A DNA stretch of 64,000 nt from an uncultured Actinomycetes bacterium. Its GTDB lineage: Bacteria > Actinomycetota > Thermoleophilia > Gaiellales > Gaiellaceae. Position numbers and translations under genes: made by a program. Shown piece by piece: positions 29,964 through 38,819 of the stretch (within the stretch, counting starts at the first letter, position 1; each line of letters starts with the position of its first letter). A model generated the notes under the pieces. The model did not search any database, was not told the DNA's origin, and worked only from the letters and a program-made list of their open reading frames with translations. The stretch is taken from assembly GCA_963754715.1 (NCBI GenBank), contig CAVWHA010000010.1, positions 39,045 to 103,044 on the forward strand, in the 5' to 3' direction.

Positions 29964-30686
29964 CTACCTGCCGCGTCGGCGCCACTCGTAGAGCGCGATT
30001 GCGCCGGCGATCGCGACATTGAGGGACTCGGCGCCGGATGCGAGCGGGATCGTTGCGATTTCGTCACACGTGGCCAGGACGTCGTCCGGAATCCCCTCTC
30101 GTTCGGCTCCCAGCACGAACGTCGTCCCCTCTTCGAGCTCGAGCTCGTCGAGCGGCTTGCCGTCGTGTGCCACAAGGGCGATCCGGCGTCCCGGTGCGTC
30201 GTCGAACCGGGCGGTGGGGACGCGGAACACCGCGCCCGCGGATGCCCGCAGCGCCTTCGGTCCACTCGGATCGGCGCAGCCCTGGGAGAGCGCGACGAAC
30301 GACGGCCCGAGTCCGTCCGCTGCTCGGAGTAACGTGCCGATGTTGCCGGGATCGGCAACGTGCCAGAGGGCGAGACCGACAGGAGGTGGAGTACGTGCGT
30401 CCAGGAGAGGAAGATCTGACCGGCGGAAGATCCCGATCACCCGGGGCGGGTGGCCCAGGGTGGAGACCTCGGCGAGGAGGCGCGGCTCGACGGCCTCCCC
30501 GGGCGGGAGATCCGGCACCGGGCGCTCGGCGTCGACAAGCAGCTCGACTGGCTCGAGGCCGGCCGCGACCGCCGCCTCGACGAGATCCTCGCCCTCACAC
30601 ACGAACAGGCCCAGACGCTCACGCTGGTTGCGGGACGCGAGCCTGCGGACGAGGCGGAGCCGCGGATTCGAGGCGGACGTGATCAC
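29964..30686 (-). CDS. TrmH/SpoU family RNA 2'-O-methyltransferase
   Basis: Motifs 'DPGNIGTLLRAADGLG', 'VLGAEREGIP', 'IPLASGAESLNVAIAGAIALYE'. GTG 30686 (GTGA overlap with the upstream stop) gives the typical N-terminus 'ITSASNPRL'; the alternative is ATG 30713. Confidence 0.85.
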   Translation of the reverse strand: MITSASNPRLRLVRRLASRNQRERLGLFVCEGEDLVEAAVAAGLEPVELLVDAERPVPDLPPGEAVEPRLLAEVSTLGHPPRVIGIFRRSDLPLLDARTPPPVGLALWHVADPGNIGTLLRAADGLGPSFVALSQGCADPSGPKALRASAGAVFRVPTARFDDAPGRRIALVAHDGKPLDELELEEGTTFVLGAEREGIPDDVLATCDEIATIPLASGAESLNVAIAGAIALYEWRRRGR

Positions 30687-31660
30687 GGCCCGTCGGCGAG
30701 CCACTCGAGCCACTGGCCGTGGAACGGCGCGTGTGCGAGGAGCAGCTCCTCGTCCTCGGGCCAGAGGCGGGCCCAGAGGCCCCAGTAGCCGTGCTCCCCC
30801 TCCTTCGGCTGCCCGGTCCAGAGGAAGGCGAGCGGAAACTGCCTTCCGGCGTCCTCAAGCGCCGAGACGATCTCACCCTGGCGCTCGCCGAGGTAGCTGA
30901 GGACGGCTGTCGCGTAGACGACAGTGAGCGCCCCGAGCTGCCGCTCGGCGAGAACCGCCGGTAGACGGTCGGCGATGTCTCCCTGCTCGAGCGCAGGAGG
31001 ATCGGGACGAAGCGTTTCGACCGCGCGCTCCAGCCGCTCGAGGCGGGCAGTCTGGTCTGCCCAGACGAACGACTTGAGCAGCTGCGTCTGGTCCGGCCGG
31101 GTGACGTCGATCGGCGATCGGTCGATGCCGCGGCGATGCCGGATCCGCGGCCGGACGCGCAGCAGGTCGGCCGGGACCGGACGGCGCTCCTCGCCGGTGA
31201 GCTCGAGGGGTGAGTCCTGCGGCCCCCACTCCCCGGCCTCGTACTCGTAGCGGTACCGGTCCCAGACGAGGTTCAAGCCTGCGCTCGAGCCCAGCTCGAC
31301 GAGGTCGAGCGTCTCGACGCCGGTCCGGCGCGCGATCTCGAGGAAGCAGGGAAGCAGGATCCAGCTCCGCTGCACCTCGTTCGTCTGGACCCCGTGCTCG
31401 GCAAGGAAGGCCCGCAGCTGGTCGGCGTGCTCGGAGACGGCCGCCGCCGGGTCCGTCCACGGGTCGATCCCCTCCGTCAGCGCCAGGTGATGGAGCCCGC
31501 CGAGAAGCTGCAGCGGCCGGTCCCAACGCTCGTCCGGGATGATCTCGGCCGCGATCGGATCAGCCGCGAGGCGGCGGCAGGTCCGTGCGTACAGCTGCGA
31601 ACCGGCCCGCTCGCATTGCTCGGCCTGGTGGAGGAAGCGGCCCTCGAGCCCGGACGTCAG
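30683..31660 (-). CDS. DUF2332 family protein; probable CTG start overlapping the rplT stop
   Basis: The ORF track starts at 31375, but the same frame stays open and protein-like for 95 more codons ('[35 protein letters not shown]...'), with no in-frame ATG/GTG/TTG. CTG at 31660 overlaps the rplT TGA (CTGA). Confidence 0.6.
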   Translation of the reverse strand: MTSGLEGRFLHQAEQCERAGSQLYARTCRRLAADPIAAEIIPDERWDRPLQLLGGLHHLALTEGIDPWTDPAAAVSEHADQLRAFLAEHGVQTNEVQRSWILLPCFLEIARRTGVETLDLVELGSSAGLNLVWDRYRYEYEAGEWGPQDSPLELTGEERRPVPADLLRVRPRIRHRRGIDRSPIDVTRPDQTQLLKSFVWADQTARLERLERAVETLRPDPPALEQGDIADRLPAVLAERQLGALTVVYATAVLSYLGERQGEIVSALEDAGRQFPLAFLWTGQPKEGEHGYWGLWARLWPEDEELLLAHAPFHGQWLEWLADGP

Positions 31661-32016
31661 CTCTCGAGCGCGGCCTTCGCCTGCTCCGCGATCTTCCCGA
31701 ACGCCTCAGGGTCGACCACAGCGATCTCGGCGAGGACCTTGCGGTCGAGCTCGATCCCCGCCTTGCGGCACCCGGAGACGAACTGGTTGTACGAAAGACC
31801 GTTCGCGCGCGAGGCTGCGTTGATCCGGATGATCCAGAGCCTGCGCATGTCGCGCTTGCGCGCCTTCCGGTCCCGGTACGCATAGACGAGCGAGTGCTCG
31901 ACCTGCTCCTTCGCCGCGCGGTAGGTCGAGTGCTTGAGCCCGACGTAGCCCTTTGCGGCTTCCAGAACCTTGCGACGCTTCTTGCGCCCGTGGACGGAAC
32001 GCTTGACGCGCGGCAT
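31657..32016 (-). CDS. rplT: 50S ribosomal protein L20
   Basis: '[26 protein letters not shown]...[21 protein letters not shown]'. Confidence 0.97.
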   Translation of the reverse strand: MPRVKRSVHGRKKRRKVLEAAKGYVGLKHSTYRAAKEQVEHSLVYAYRDRKARKRDMRRLWIIRINAASRANGLSYNQFVSGCRKAGIELDRKVLAEIAVVDPEAFGKIAEQAKAALES

Positions 32017-32225
32017 TAATGGCCTCTCTTCTTGCCGCCGAGCAAGCGGACGACTTCCCGCTTGTCGCTCGGCGACAGGGCCGCCGGCTGCCGGAACCTA
32101 CGCTTGCGCTTCGCGGACTTCTTCTCGAGCAGGTGGCTCTTCATTGCTCTCCGGCGCAGGATCTTGCCCGCTCCCGTCAGCTTGAACCGCTTCTTCGCTG
32201 CTCTCGATGTCTTCTGCTTTGGCAT
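32016..32225 (-). CDS. rpmI: 50S ribosomal protein L35
   Basis: '[37 protein letters not shown]'. SD AGGAG lies 9 nt upstream. Its stop overlaps the rplT ATG. Confidence 0.95.
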   Translation of the reverse strand: MPKQKTSRAAKKRFKLTGAGKILRRRAMKSHLLEKKSAKRKRRFRQPAALSPSDKREVVRLLGGKKRGH

Positions 32226-32787
32226 CTCTGGAAACTCCTGCGTTTTTCGTGGGCCCGAGCAACATCACCATGTTCCGTCCATCGAGGAGCGGTGGTGACT
32301 CGACCACGCCGATCTCCTTCACGTCCTCCGCGAGCCGCATCAGGAGGTCTCGGCCGCGCTCCGGATGGGTGGTCTCCCGCCCTCGGAACATGATCGTGAC
32401 CTTGACCTTCGCGCGCTGGTTGAGGAACCGAACGACGTGGCCTTTCTTGGTCTCGTAGTCCTGAATCGCGATCTTCGGCCTGAGCTTGATCTCCTTGACG
32501 TGGACCTGGGACTGGTGCTTGCGGGCGAGCTTGGCCTTCTGCTCCTCCTGGTACCGGTACTTGCCGTAGTCCATGACCCGGGCGACCGGCGGCGAGGCCT
32601 GTGGCGCTACCTCGACGAGATCGAGGTTCTTGCCGTACGCATACTCCACGGCTTCGTTCGTCGCCTTGATCCCGAGTTGTGCGCCGTCCTCGTCGATCAG
32701 CCGCACCTGTGGAACTCGGATCCGCTCGTTGATCCTGGTCTGCGGCTCCGGGGGTGGCTCAGGACGAGAGAACCGTCGTGGCCTCAA
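32098..32787 (-). CDS. infC: translation initiation factor IF-3 with an acidic C-terminal tail that overlaps rpmI
   Basis: 'INERIRVPQVRLIDEDGAQLGI...LDLVEVAP.ASPPVARVMDYGKYRYEE..K' and the C-domain 'VKEIKLRPKIAIQDYETK...'. TTG start at 32787. No stop occurs in any frame before the rpmI ATG. Confidence 0.9.
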   Translation of the reverse strand: MRPRRFSRPEPPPEPQTRINERIRVPQVRLIDEDGAQLGIKATNEAVEYAYGKNLDLVEVAPQASPPVARVMDYGKYRYQEEQKAKLARKHQSQVHVKEIKLRPKIAIQDYETKKGHVVRFLNQRAKVKVTIMFRGRETTHPERGRDLLMRLAEDVKEIGVVESPPLLDGRNMVMLLGPTKNAGVSRDAKAEDIESSEEAVQADGSGQDPAPESNEEPPAREEVREAQA

Positions 32788-32821
32788 ATGCTCTTCACCA
32801 AGCTCTGTTGCTCCTCCTTCT

Positions 32822-32849
32822 CAAACGACAAAACCGCTGCACGCAGCGG
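32822..32849 (-). terminator. possible intrinsic terminator/attenuator between thrS and infC
   Basis: Minus-strand CCGCUG-CGUG-CAGCGG followed by UUUUGUCGUUUG, about 95 nt after the thrS stop. Confidence 0.4.
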
Positions 32850-32941
32850 CTCCAGACATCTCCTCGCCTCGCTTGAACCTCCGGCTTCGCGTCTCCGCGC
32901 CGCTGGAGGTGAGGGAAAGTGCTGAGCCCCTGCTTGCAGGA

Positions 32942-34825
32942 TCACACCTTAGCAACCAGTTCCCGCACCAATTCGTCAAGACTTTTTGACGATTGCTCCC
33001 CGCCGTGCTCCCGGATGGCCAGCGACTCCTCCGACTCGCGGTCGCCGTACACGATCACGTAGGGGATCTTCTCGACCTCGGCGTTGCGGATCCGCTTGCT
33101 GACCGTCTCGTCGGAAACGTCGACCTCGACGCGAAAGTCGGCGAGCTTCTCGGCGAGAGCGCGCGCCGCTTCGCGGTGATCCTCGCCCACCGGGATAACC
33201 CGAATCTGCACCGGCGCCAGCCAGAACGGAAAGGCGCCGGCGTAATGCTCGATCAGGATCCCCATGAACCGCTCGAGCGAGCCCAGGAGTGCCCGATGGA
33301 CGACATAAGGCGTGTGCTCGACGTTGTCGGGGCCCATGTACGTGAGACCGAAGCGGGCCGGCATCTGCGAGTCGAGCTGAATCGTCCCCATCTGCCATGA
33401 CCGTCCGAGGACGTCGTTCATGTGCAGGTCGATCTTCGGCCCGTAGAACGCGCCGTCGCCCTCGTTTAGCTCGTACTCCAGCCCGCGGCGCTCGAGCGCG
33501 GAGCGGAGCGCGCCCTCGGTGAAGTCCCACTCCTCGTCGGTTCCGAGCTTGTTCTCGGGGCGGGTAGAGAGCTCGAACCGCGCCTCCATCCCGAAGAGGT
33601 CGTACGTGTATTTGGCGTAGTCGAGGCAGCCGAAGATCTCCTCCTCGATCTGGTCGGCCGAGCAAAAGATGTGTGCGTCATCCTGTGTCACGTGCTGGAC
33701 GCGGAGCAGCCCGTGGAGCGTCCCGGCGCGCTCGTTGCGATGGAGAGTCGAGGATTCGGCGTAGCGGTACGGGAGATCGCGGTAGCTCCGCAGGGCGCTG
33801 CCGAAGAGAAGCATGTGACCCGGGCAGTTCATCGGCTTGAGCCCGAGCGTCCGGTCCTCGCCGTACGGCACGAGGAACATGTCGTCGCGGAACTTCTCCC
33901 AGTGCCCCGAGGTCTTCCAGGTCTCGACGTCGTAGAGGAGCGGCGTCTTGACCTCGACGTACCCGCGCTTCGCGTTCTCGCGCCGGCGCAGGTCCTCCAG
34001 CGCGTTCCAGATCACCATTCCCTTCGGATGCCAGAACGGCATCCCCGGCGCATGGTCGGAGAGGTGGAAGAGGTCGAGCTGGGCTCCGAGGCGGCGGTGA
34101 TCGCGCTTCCGCGCCTCCTCCAGGCGCTCGAGGTACGCGTTCAGGTCGTCCTCGGAGTAGAAGGCCGTGCCGTAGATCCGCGTCAGCTGCGTGTTCTTCT
34201 CGTCACCGCGCCAGTAGGCGCCCGCAAGACCGGTCAGCTTGATCGCCTTGATCGGCTTCGAGTTCTGGAGGTGAGGACCGCGGCAGAGGTCGGTGAACTC
34301 ACCCTGCGTGTAGAGGGAGATCTGCCCCTCCGCCGTGTCGACGAGCTCGACCTTGTAGGGCTCGCCCTCGGCCTCGAAGCGCTTTCGTGCCTCGTCCGCG
34401 GAGATCTCCTCCCGTGCCCAGGCGCGGCCTTCCTTCAGCTCCCGGCGAACTTCCTCCTCGATCTTCTCCAGTGCGTCCTCGCCGATCGGCTCCGGGAACT
34501 CGAAGTCGTAGTAGAAGCCGTTCTCGATCGGCGGCCCGATCGCGATCTTGACACCGGGATAGAGCCTGCGAACCGCCTCGGCCAGCAGATGCGCGGCCGA
34601 GTGGCGAAGGACGTAGAGCGCGTCCGGGTCGTCTTTGTCCCGCGTGGTCAGGATCTGGATCGGCTGCCCGTCCTCGAGCGGAAGCCGCAGATCCTGCACT
34701 CGCCCGTTCGAGCGGACGAGCACAGCCTGCTCGGCAAGTTTCGGCCCGATCGCGGCAGCCGCGTCGAGCCCGGTCGCACCCTCGGGAAGTTCGAGCTCGG
34801 ACGAATCGGGCAGGATGACGCGCAT
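32942..34825 (-). CDS. thrS: threonine--tRNA ligase
   Basis: TGS domain ('MRVILPDSSELELPEGATGLD'), editing domain 'HSAAHLLAEA', class II core ('FWHPKG', 'HRNERAGTLHGLLRVQHVTQDDAHIF', 'GAFYGPKID') and anticodon-binding domain. ATG 34825; the upstream 31 codons of the ORF were trimmed. Confidence 0.95.
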   Translation of the reverse strand: MRVILPDSSELELPEGATGLDAAAAIGPKLAEQAVLVRSNGRVQDLRLPLEDGQPIQILTTRDKDDPDALYVLRHSAAHLLAEAVRRLYPGVKIAIGPPIENGFYYDFEFPEPIGEDALEKIEEEVRRELKEGRAWAREEISADEARKRFEAEGEPYKVELVDTAEGQISLYTQGEFTDLCRGPHLQNSKPIKAIKLTGLAGAYWRGDEKNTQLTRIYGTAFYSEDDLNAYLERLEEARKRDHRRLGAQLDLFHLSDHAPGMPFWHPKGMVIWNALEDLRRRENAKRGYVEVKTPLLYDVETWKTSGHWEKFRDDMFLVPYGEDRTLGLKPMNCPGHMLLFGSALRSYRDLPYRYAESSTLHRNERAGTLHGLLRVQHVTQDDAHIFCSADQIEEEIFGCLDYAKYTYDLFGMEARFELSTRPENKLGTDEEWDFTEGALRSALERRGLEYELNEGDGAFYGPKIDLHMNDVLGRSWQMGTIQLDSQMPARFGLTYMGPDNVEHTPYVVHRALLGSLERFMGILIEHYAGAFPFWLAPVQIRVIPVGEDHREAARALAEKLADFRVEVDVSDETVSKRIRNAEVEKIPYVIVYGDRESEESLAIREHGGEQSSKSLDELVRELVAKV

Positions 34826-34990
34826 GGACGAGAAGGTATCGCAGCACCCCAGGGACGACGATCGAAACGACGAGGTCGAGGGCACGCCGGTCCCGGACCC
34901 CGAAGAGGAGACCGGCACCGCCGAAGACGTCCCGGGCGCCGACTAGCGGCCAGCCCGGCTCACAGTCCCCAGCCACCGACGGTCCTCGAC

Positions 34991-35023
34991 CATGGCGAAC
35001 CCCCGGTCCGGGGGTTCGCCATG
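34991..35023. repeat. perfect 33-bp palindrome in the thrS / XRE-TPR divergent intergenic region
   Basis: CATGGCGAACCCCCGG-T-CCGGGGGTTCGCCATG (16-bp arms). It lies 166 nt upstream of the thrS ATG and 188 nt upstream of the 35211 ATG, with no U-tract on either strand. Confidence 0.9.
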
Positions 35024-35210
35024 CGACGTTCTCCTAGAGTGCTTCGGTTCTAGGGCCAGACGGGCCCACTGGCCGCAAAGACGGCCAGCGACGCCAACAA
35101 AGCCAAAAGAGCAGCGATTCGTGCGTACACCGGGACCTCCCTTCCGCAGATACGGGGGTGGGAATGTCCCGGGCCCGGGGCGAGTCGTAGTATAGGAGGC
35201 AGATCAGACA

Positions 35211-36521
35211 ATGCCACGACGTAAGTCAACCCATGTAGACGACCCTGCGGCCGTCGGGCGGCGACTCCGGGAAGCGCGCGAGCGCTCGGGCATCAGCCAG
35301 CGGCAGCTCTCCTTCGAGGGCTGCTCCCCTGCGTACATCTCGCGCATCGAGGCGGGCGAGCGAATCCCCTCACTTCAGCTCCTCCGTGAGATGGGACGGC
35401 GGCTCGGTGTCTCCGAGGACTACCTCGCGACGGGACTCGAGCGGGAAGCCGGCGGCGAGGATCGGAAGCTCCTCGACGCGGAGGTCGCTCTTCGGCTAGG
35501 CGAAGTCGAAGATGCTTCGCGTCTCTACGCGGAGGTTCTCGAATCCGCGGCCACACTGACGATTCGCGCTCGTGCGCTCGCCGGTCAGGGCCAGATCGCG
35601 TTCGAGCGGGGAGAGCCGCGCCGGGCGATCGACCTTCTCGAGCAGGCGCTTTCGGTCTCCCAGGCCGAGGTCTCGGAGCAGCCGGCCCTGGCTGACACAC
35701 TCGGCCGCGCGTATGCGACGGTCGACGATTTGGAGCCGGCGATCCGGATCTTCCGACAGGCGCTGGCATCCGCAGAGAAGCGGAACGACACCATCGAGGC
35801 GGTGCGCTTCGGCGTGCTCCTTGCGAACGCCTACATCGACACAAACGAGTTCGCGGTAGCCGAGGAGCTGCTCGAGAAGACGATCGGCCATGCTCCGGAC
35901 TCGTCCGACCCGATTTTCCGCGCGCGGATCTACTGGTCCCAGTCCCGCCTCTACACGATGCGTGAAGACGCAACAACCGCTGCTCGCTACGCCCGCAAGG
36001 CGCTCGAGCTCCTCGAGCTCACCGAGCACACGCATTACGCAGCACGTGCGCACCACCTGCTTGCGCACGTCGAGCTCGATCGCGGCAACGCAGCCGAGGC
36101 GCTCGCCCTCATCGACAGGGGACTGCCTCTCGTCGAAGCGAGTGGTAATCGAGCCGAGGTGGCGCTCTTCCGGCTCGAGCGCTCCCGGGCTCTCGTCGCG
36201 CTCGGCCGAAAAGAGGAGGCCACCGCCTTGGCCCTGGAGAGCGCCGAACGTCTCGCGGAGGTCGCGCCGCACGACGCCGGCCGCGGCTACGGACTCCTCG
36301 GAGAGATCCTGGAGTCCGCGGGCGACCCGGCTGGCGCGCGAGCACGATACGAGCAGGCGATTCCGCTACTGGACGGTGGCCCCAATCGGTACCTCGTCGA
36401 GGTCTACGGGAAGCTCGCGGCGTTGCACGAGGCTGAGGGCCGACCCGAGGAAGCTCTCGCCGTGCTGAAGAAAGCGATGGCCGTGCAGTCGCCGGCCCCG
36501 CCCGTAACCGTCTCCGCGTAA
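35211..36521 (+). CDS. XRE-family HTH transcriptional regulator with a C-terminal TPR domain
   Basis: HTH 'VGRRLREARERSGISQRQLS...SPAYISRIEAGERIPSLQLLREMGRRLGV' followed by about 300 aa of TPR-like helical repeats. SD TAGGAGG lies upstream. Confidence 0.8.
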   Translation: MPRRKSTHVDDPAAVGRRLREARERSGISQRQLSFEGCSPAYISRIEAGERIPSLQLLREMGRRLGVSEDYLATGLEREAGGEDRKLLDAEVALRLGEVEDASRLYAEVLESAATLTIRARALAGQGQIAFERGEPRRAIDLLEQALSVSQAEVSEQPALADTLGRAYATVDDLEPAIRIFRQALASAEKRNDTIEAVRFGVLLANAYIDTNEFAVAEELLEKTIGHAPDSSDPIFRARIYWSQSRLYTMREDATTAARYARKALELLELTEHTHYAARAHHLLAHVELDRGNAAEALALIDRGLPLVEASGNRAEVALFRLERSRALVALGRKEEATALALESAERLAEVAPHDAGRGYGLLGEILESAGDPAGARARYEQAIPLLDGGPNRYLVEVYGKLAALHEAEGRPEEALAVLKKAMAVQSPAPPVTVSA

Positions 36522-36556
36522 GGCTCGCGTAAGGGTTCGGGCCCCATCCGAGCTAT

Positions 36557-37207
36557 TTGGGGTGGACCTACGGAGGGGTCACCACTCGAATGGCTGGATC
36601 ATGGACGGCACGACGATGCTTTGCCTTGGGGCTTCCGGCTCTGGCTACGGTCGCACTGACGGCCGCCGCGGCCGGCGGCGCAGCTCCGAGGGAAGACGGT
36701 CCGGCGGCGAAGATCCGCGCGTTCAAGCCTGTCGCCGACGCCTACGTCACCGCGGCGCGTCCAAGCTCCAACTACGGAAAGGCGCGAATCCTTCGCGTCG
36801 ACGGCGCACCCAAGGCGAGCTCCTTTCTTCGCTTCGAGCTCAAGAACCTCCGAGGGAAGATCACCAGCGTGACGCTCCTGCTGCACCCAACCACTGCCGC
36901 TCGGGCGGGCTTCGCGGTCCGTCGCGTTTACGAAGACGAATGGCGCGAGCGCGGCCTCACCTACGCGAACGCTCCGCAATTCTCGTCCCGGTACACGGCC
37001 GCGAAGGCGGTCCGGCAGGGCGTCTGGAGCGCAATCGACGTGACGCCGTTCGTCGAAGGAGGCGGCGGGCTCAGCCTCGCGGTCACGACCCGCGCCGCAC
37101 AGGCGCTGTCCTTCGGCAGCCGGGAGTCGACGCATGGCCCGCGCCTCGTCGTCCGAACCGACGGGGGCAAGGCCGGAGATCCCCCGTCCGAAGCTCTGTC
37201 TGGCTGA
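36557..37207 (+). CDS. secreted DNRLRE-domain-like protein
   Basis: Signal/TM segment ('CFALGLPALATVALTAAAAGG'), then 'FKPVADAYVTAARPSSNYGKARILRVDGAPKASSFLRFEL...LTYANAP'. Start may be 36590. The alternative-frame ORF 36562 was rejected. Confidence 0.5.
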   Translation: MGWTYGGVTTRMAGSWTARRCFALGLPALATVALTAAAAGGAAPREDGPAAKIRAFKPVADAYVTAARPSSNYGKARILRVDGAPKASSFLRFELKNLRGKITSVTLLLHPTTAARAGFAVRRVYEDEWRERGLTYANAPQFSSRYTAAKAVRQGVWSAIDVTPFVEGGGGLSLAVTTRAAQALSFGSRESTHGPRLVVRTDGGKAGDPPSEALSG

Positions 37208-37227
37208 ATCCCCTCTAGGATCGCGGA

Positions 37228-38373
37228 GTGCGCCCCCGGCCGGCTCGAATCGACCGGCTTCCCCCGCAGTACTTCGCGGCACTCCTAGCCAGAGTGGCCG
37301 AGGCGGCGAATGCCGAGGGCGAGCCGCTCATCGATCTCGGCCGGGGCAATCCCGAGGTCGGTCCACCCCAGCATGTGATCGACCGACTGAGAGCGACCGC
37401 GGGGGAGGAACGTGCGCATGGCTATCCCCCGTTCCGCGGGCTTCCCGAGCTCCGGGAGGCGATCGCCGAGCGCTATCGCACGGTCTACGACGTCCAGCTC
37501 GATCCCGACACGGAGGTGGCCGTCGTTCCTGGGACGAAGACGGCGCTCGTCGAGCTGTCGGTCGTGCTCGCCGAGCGCGGGAGCAGCGTCCTGCTCCCCG
37601 ATCCCGGTTACCCGGACTATCCCTCAGGCGTCGCGCTCGCCGGCGCCCGACTCGTCCCGCTTCGCCTCGATCCGTCTGCTGCCTGGGCGCCGGCATGGAG
37701 CGAGGCGAGCCGGCACGCCGTCGCCGCGGTCTACCTGAACTACCCGTCGAATCCCTGCGCAGCCGTCGCTCCGCCCGGCGTCTTCTCCGACGCGATCGAC
37801 TTCGCACGCCAGACCGGCGGTGCGGTCGTCCACGACTTCGCGTACGGCGACCTCGTCTTCGACGGCAGGAGGCCCGAGAGCTTCCTCAGCACCCCCGGCG
37901 CGAAGGACTACGGCGTCGAGATGTTCTCGATGTCGAAGACGTACGGGATGGCCGGCTGGCGGCTCGGCTTCGTCGTGGGGAACCCGGAGATCGTCGAACG
38001 GATCAACCTGATCCAGGACCACTCACGCGCCGGAATCTTCACGGCCGTTCAGGAAGCGGGAATCGCTGCCTTGACCGGCCCCCAAGACTCCGTGGAGGAG
38101 CGGCGGAGCCGGTACGAGGCGCGCCGTGACCGGGTCATGGCCGCGCTTCAGGGCTCCCGCGTCCGGCCGCCGGTCTCGGACGGGAGCTTCTACGTCTGGA
38201 TCGAGCTGCCGGAGGGAGTGACGGCCGAGGATCTGCTGACCGACGCGCGTGTCGCGCTCGCCCCGGGCCAGGGCTTCGGCCTCGCAGGAGTCGGCTGGGC
38301 GCGACTGTCCCTCGCCGTGACGGACGAGCAGCTCGAGCGTGGGCTCGAGCGGCTCGTCCGTGCCCTCGGTTAG
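37228..38373 (+). CDS. pyridoxal-phosphate-dependent aminotransferase (class I/II)
   Basis: 'IDLGRGNPE', 'HGYPPFRGLPELREAIAERY', 'NYPSNP', and PLP-Lys motif 'SMSKTYGMAGWRLGF'. Confidence 0.85.
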   Translation: MRPRPARIDRLPPQYFAALLARVAEAANAEGEPLIDLGRGNPEVGPPQHVIDRLRATAGEERAHGYPPFRGLPELREAIAERYRTVYDVQLDPDTEVAVVPGTKTALVELSVVLAERGSSVLLPDPGYPDYPSGVALAGARLVPLRLDPSAAWAPAWSEASRHAVAAVYLNYPSNPCAAVAPPGVFSDAIDFARQTGGAVVHDFAYGDLVFDGRRPESFLSTPGAKDYGVEMFSMSKTYGMAGWRLGFVVGNPEIVERINLIQDHSRAGIFTAVQEAGIAALTGPQDSVEERRSRYEARRDRVMAALQGSRVRPPVSDGSFYVWIELPEGVTAEDLLTDARVALAPGQGFGLAGVGWARLSLAVTDEQLERGLERLVRALG

Positions 38374-38750
38374 ACGGTCAGGGCTCCGCGACAGACCTGA
38401 TTGCCGGCGACCGATCGTGCGGTGGCCGTGATTCGGTCGGATCCCGCAGGATTCGCCACAAGTCTGCGAGCCGTGAACGACCCGCTCGGCGGCACAGTCG
38501 TGCGCGCGCCACGGAAGACCACCGTGCTGCCACGCTTGATCACGACGTTCCATCGCCGGCCCGCGATGTTCTGGTCGACCTCGAACTCGATCTCGAGCCG
38601 AGCGTTGTCGTTCTTCGCCTTCAGCTTCCACGTGGCATTACCCGAGCACTTGCCCGAGCGGATGACGCCTGGATTGCCCTTTCCCGGAGCCACGGCCGGA
38701 ATCGCCACGGCGACTGCGACGAGCGCGATGAGGACGGTCAACTTTCGCAT
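38370..38750 (-). CDS. small secreted protein (hypothetical)
   Basis: 126 aa; signal peptide 'MRKLTVLIALVAVAVAIPAVAPG' and a beta-rich mature part. Confidence 0.55.
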   Translation of the reverse strand: MRKLTVLIALVAVAVAIPAVAPGKGNPGVIRSGKCSGNATWKLKAKNDNARLEIEFEVDQNIAGRRWNVVIKRGSTVVFRGARTTVPPSGSFTARRLVANPAGSDRITATARSVAGNQVCRGALTV

Positions 38751-38819
38751 TTCGGATCTCCCTTGATCGACTTTCGTCCACGCTAGAGGTCGGCGCCTCA
38801 GGGGCAGGACAGGGCTTGG

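Noticed and set aside
32788-32941. T-box, L20-leader or other known leader RNA upstream of infC; also upstream of thrS (34826-35210) and pheS (27963-28097).
   Set aside because: I could not find a T-box consensus (AGGGUGGNACCGCG) or a specifier-loop architecture, only generic GC hairpins. I therefore report only the terminator-like hairpin and the 33-bp palindrome.
36562-37218. 218-aa ORF in an alternative frame of the DNRLRE-like gene.
   Set aside because: Its translation is Arg/Gly-rich with no hydrophobic core pattern. The 36557 frame has a signal sequence and a domain-like sequence.
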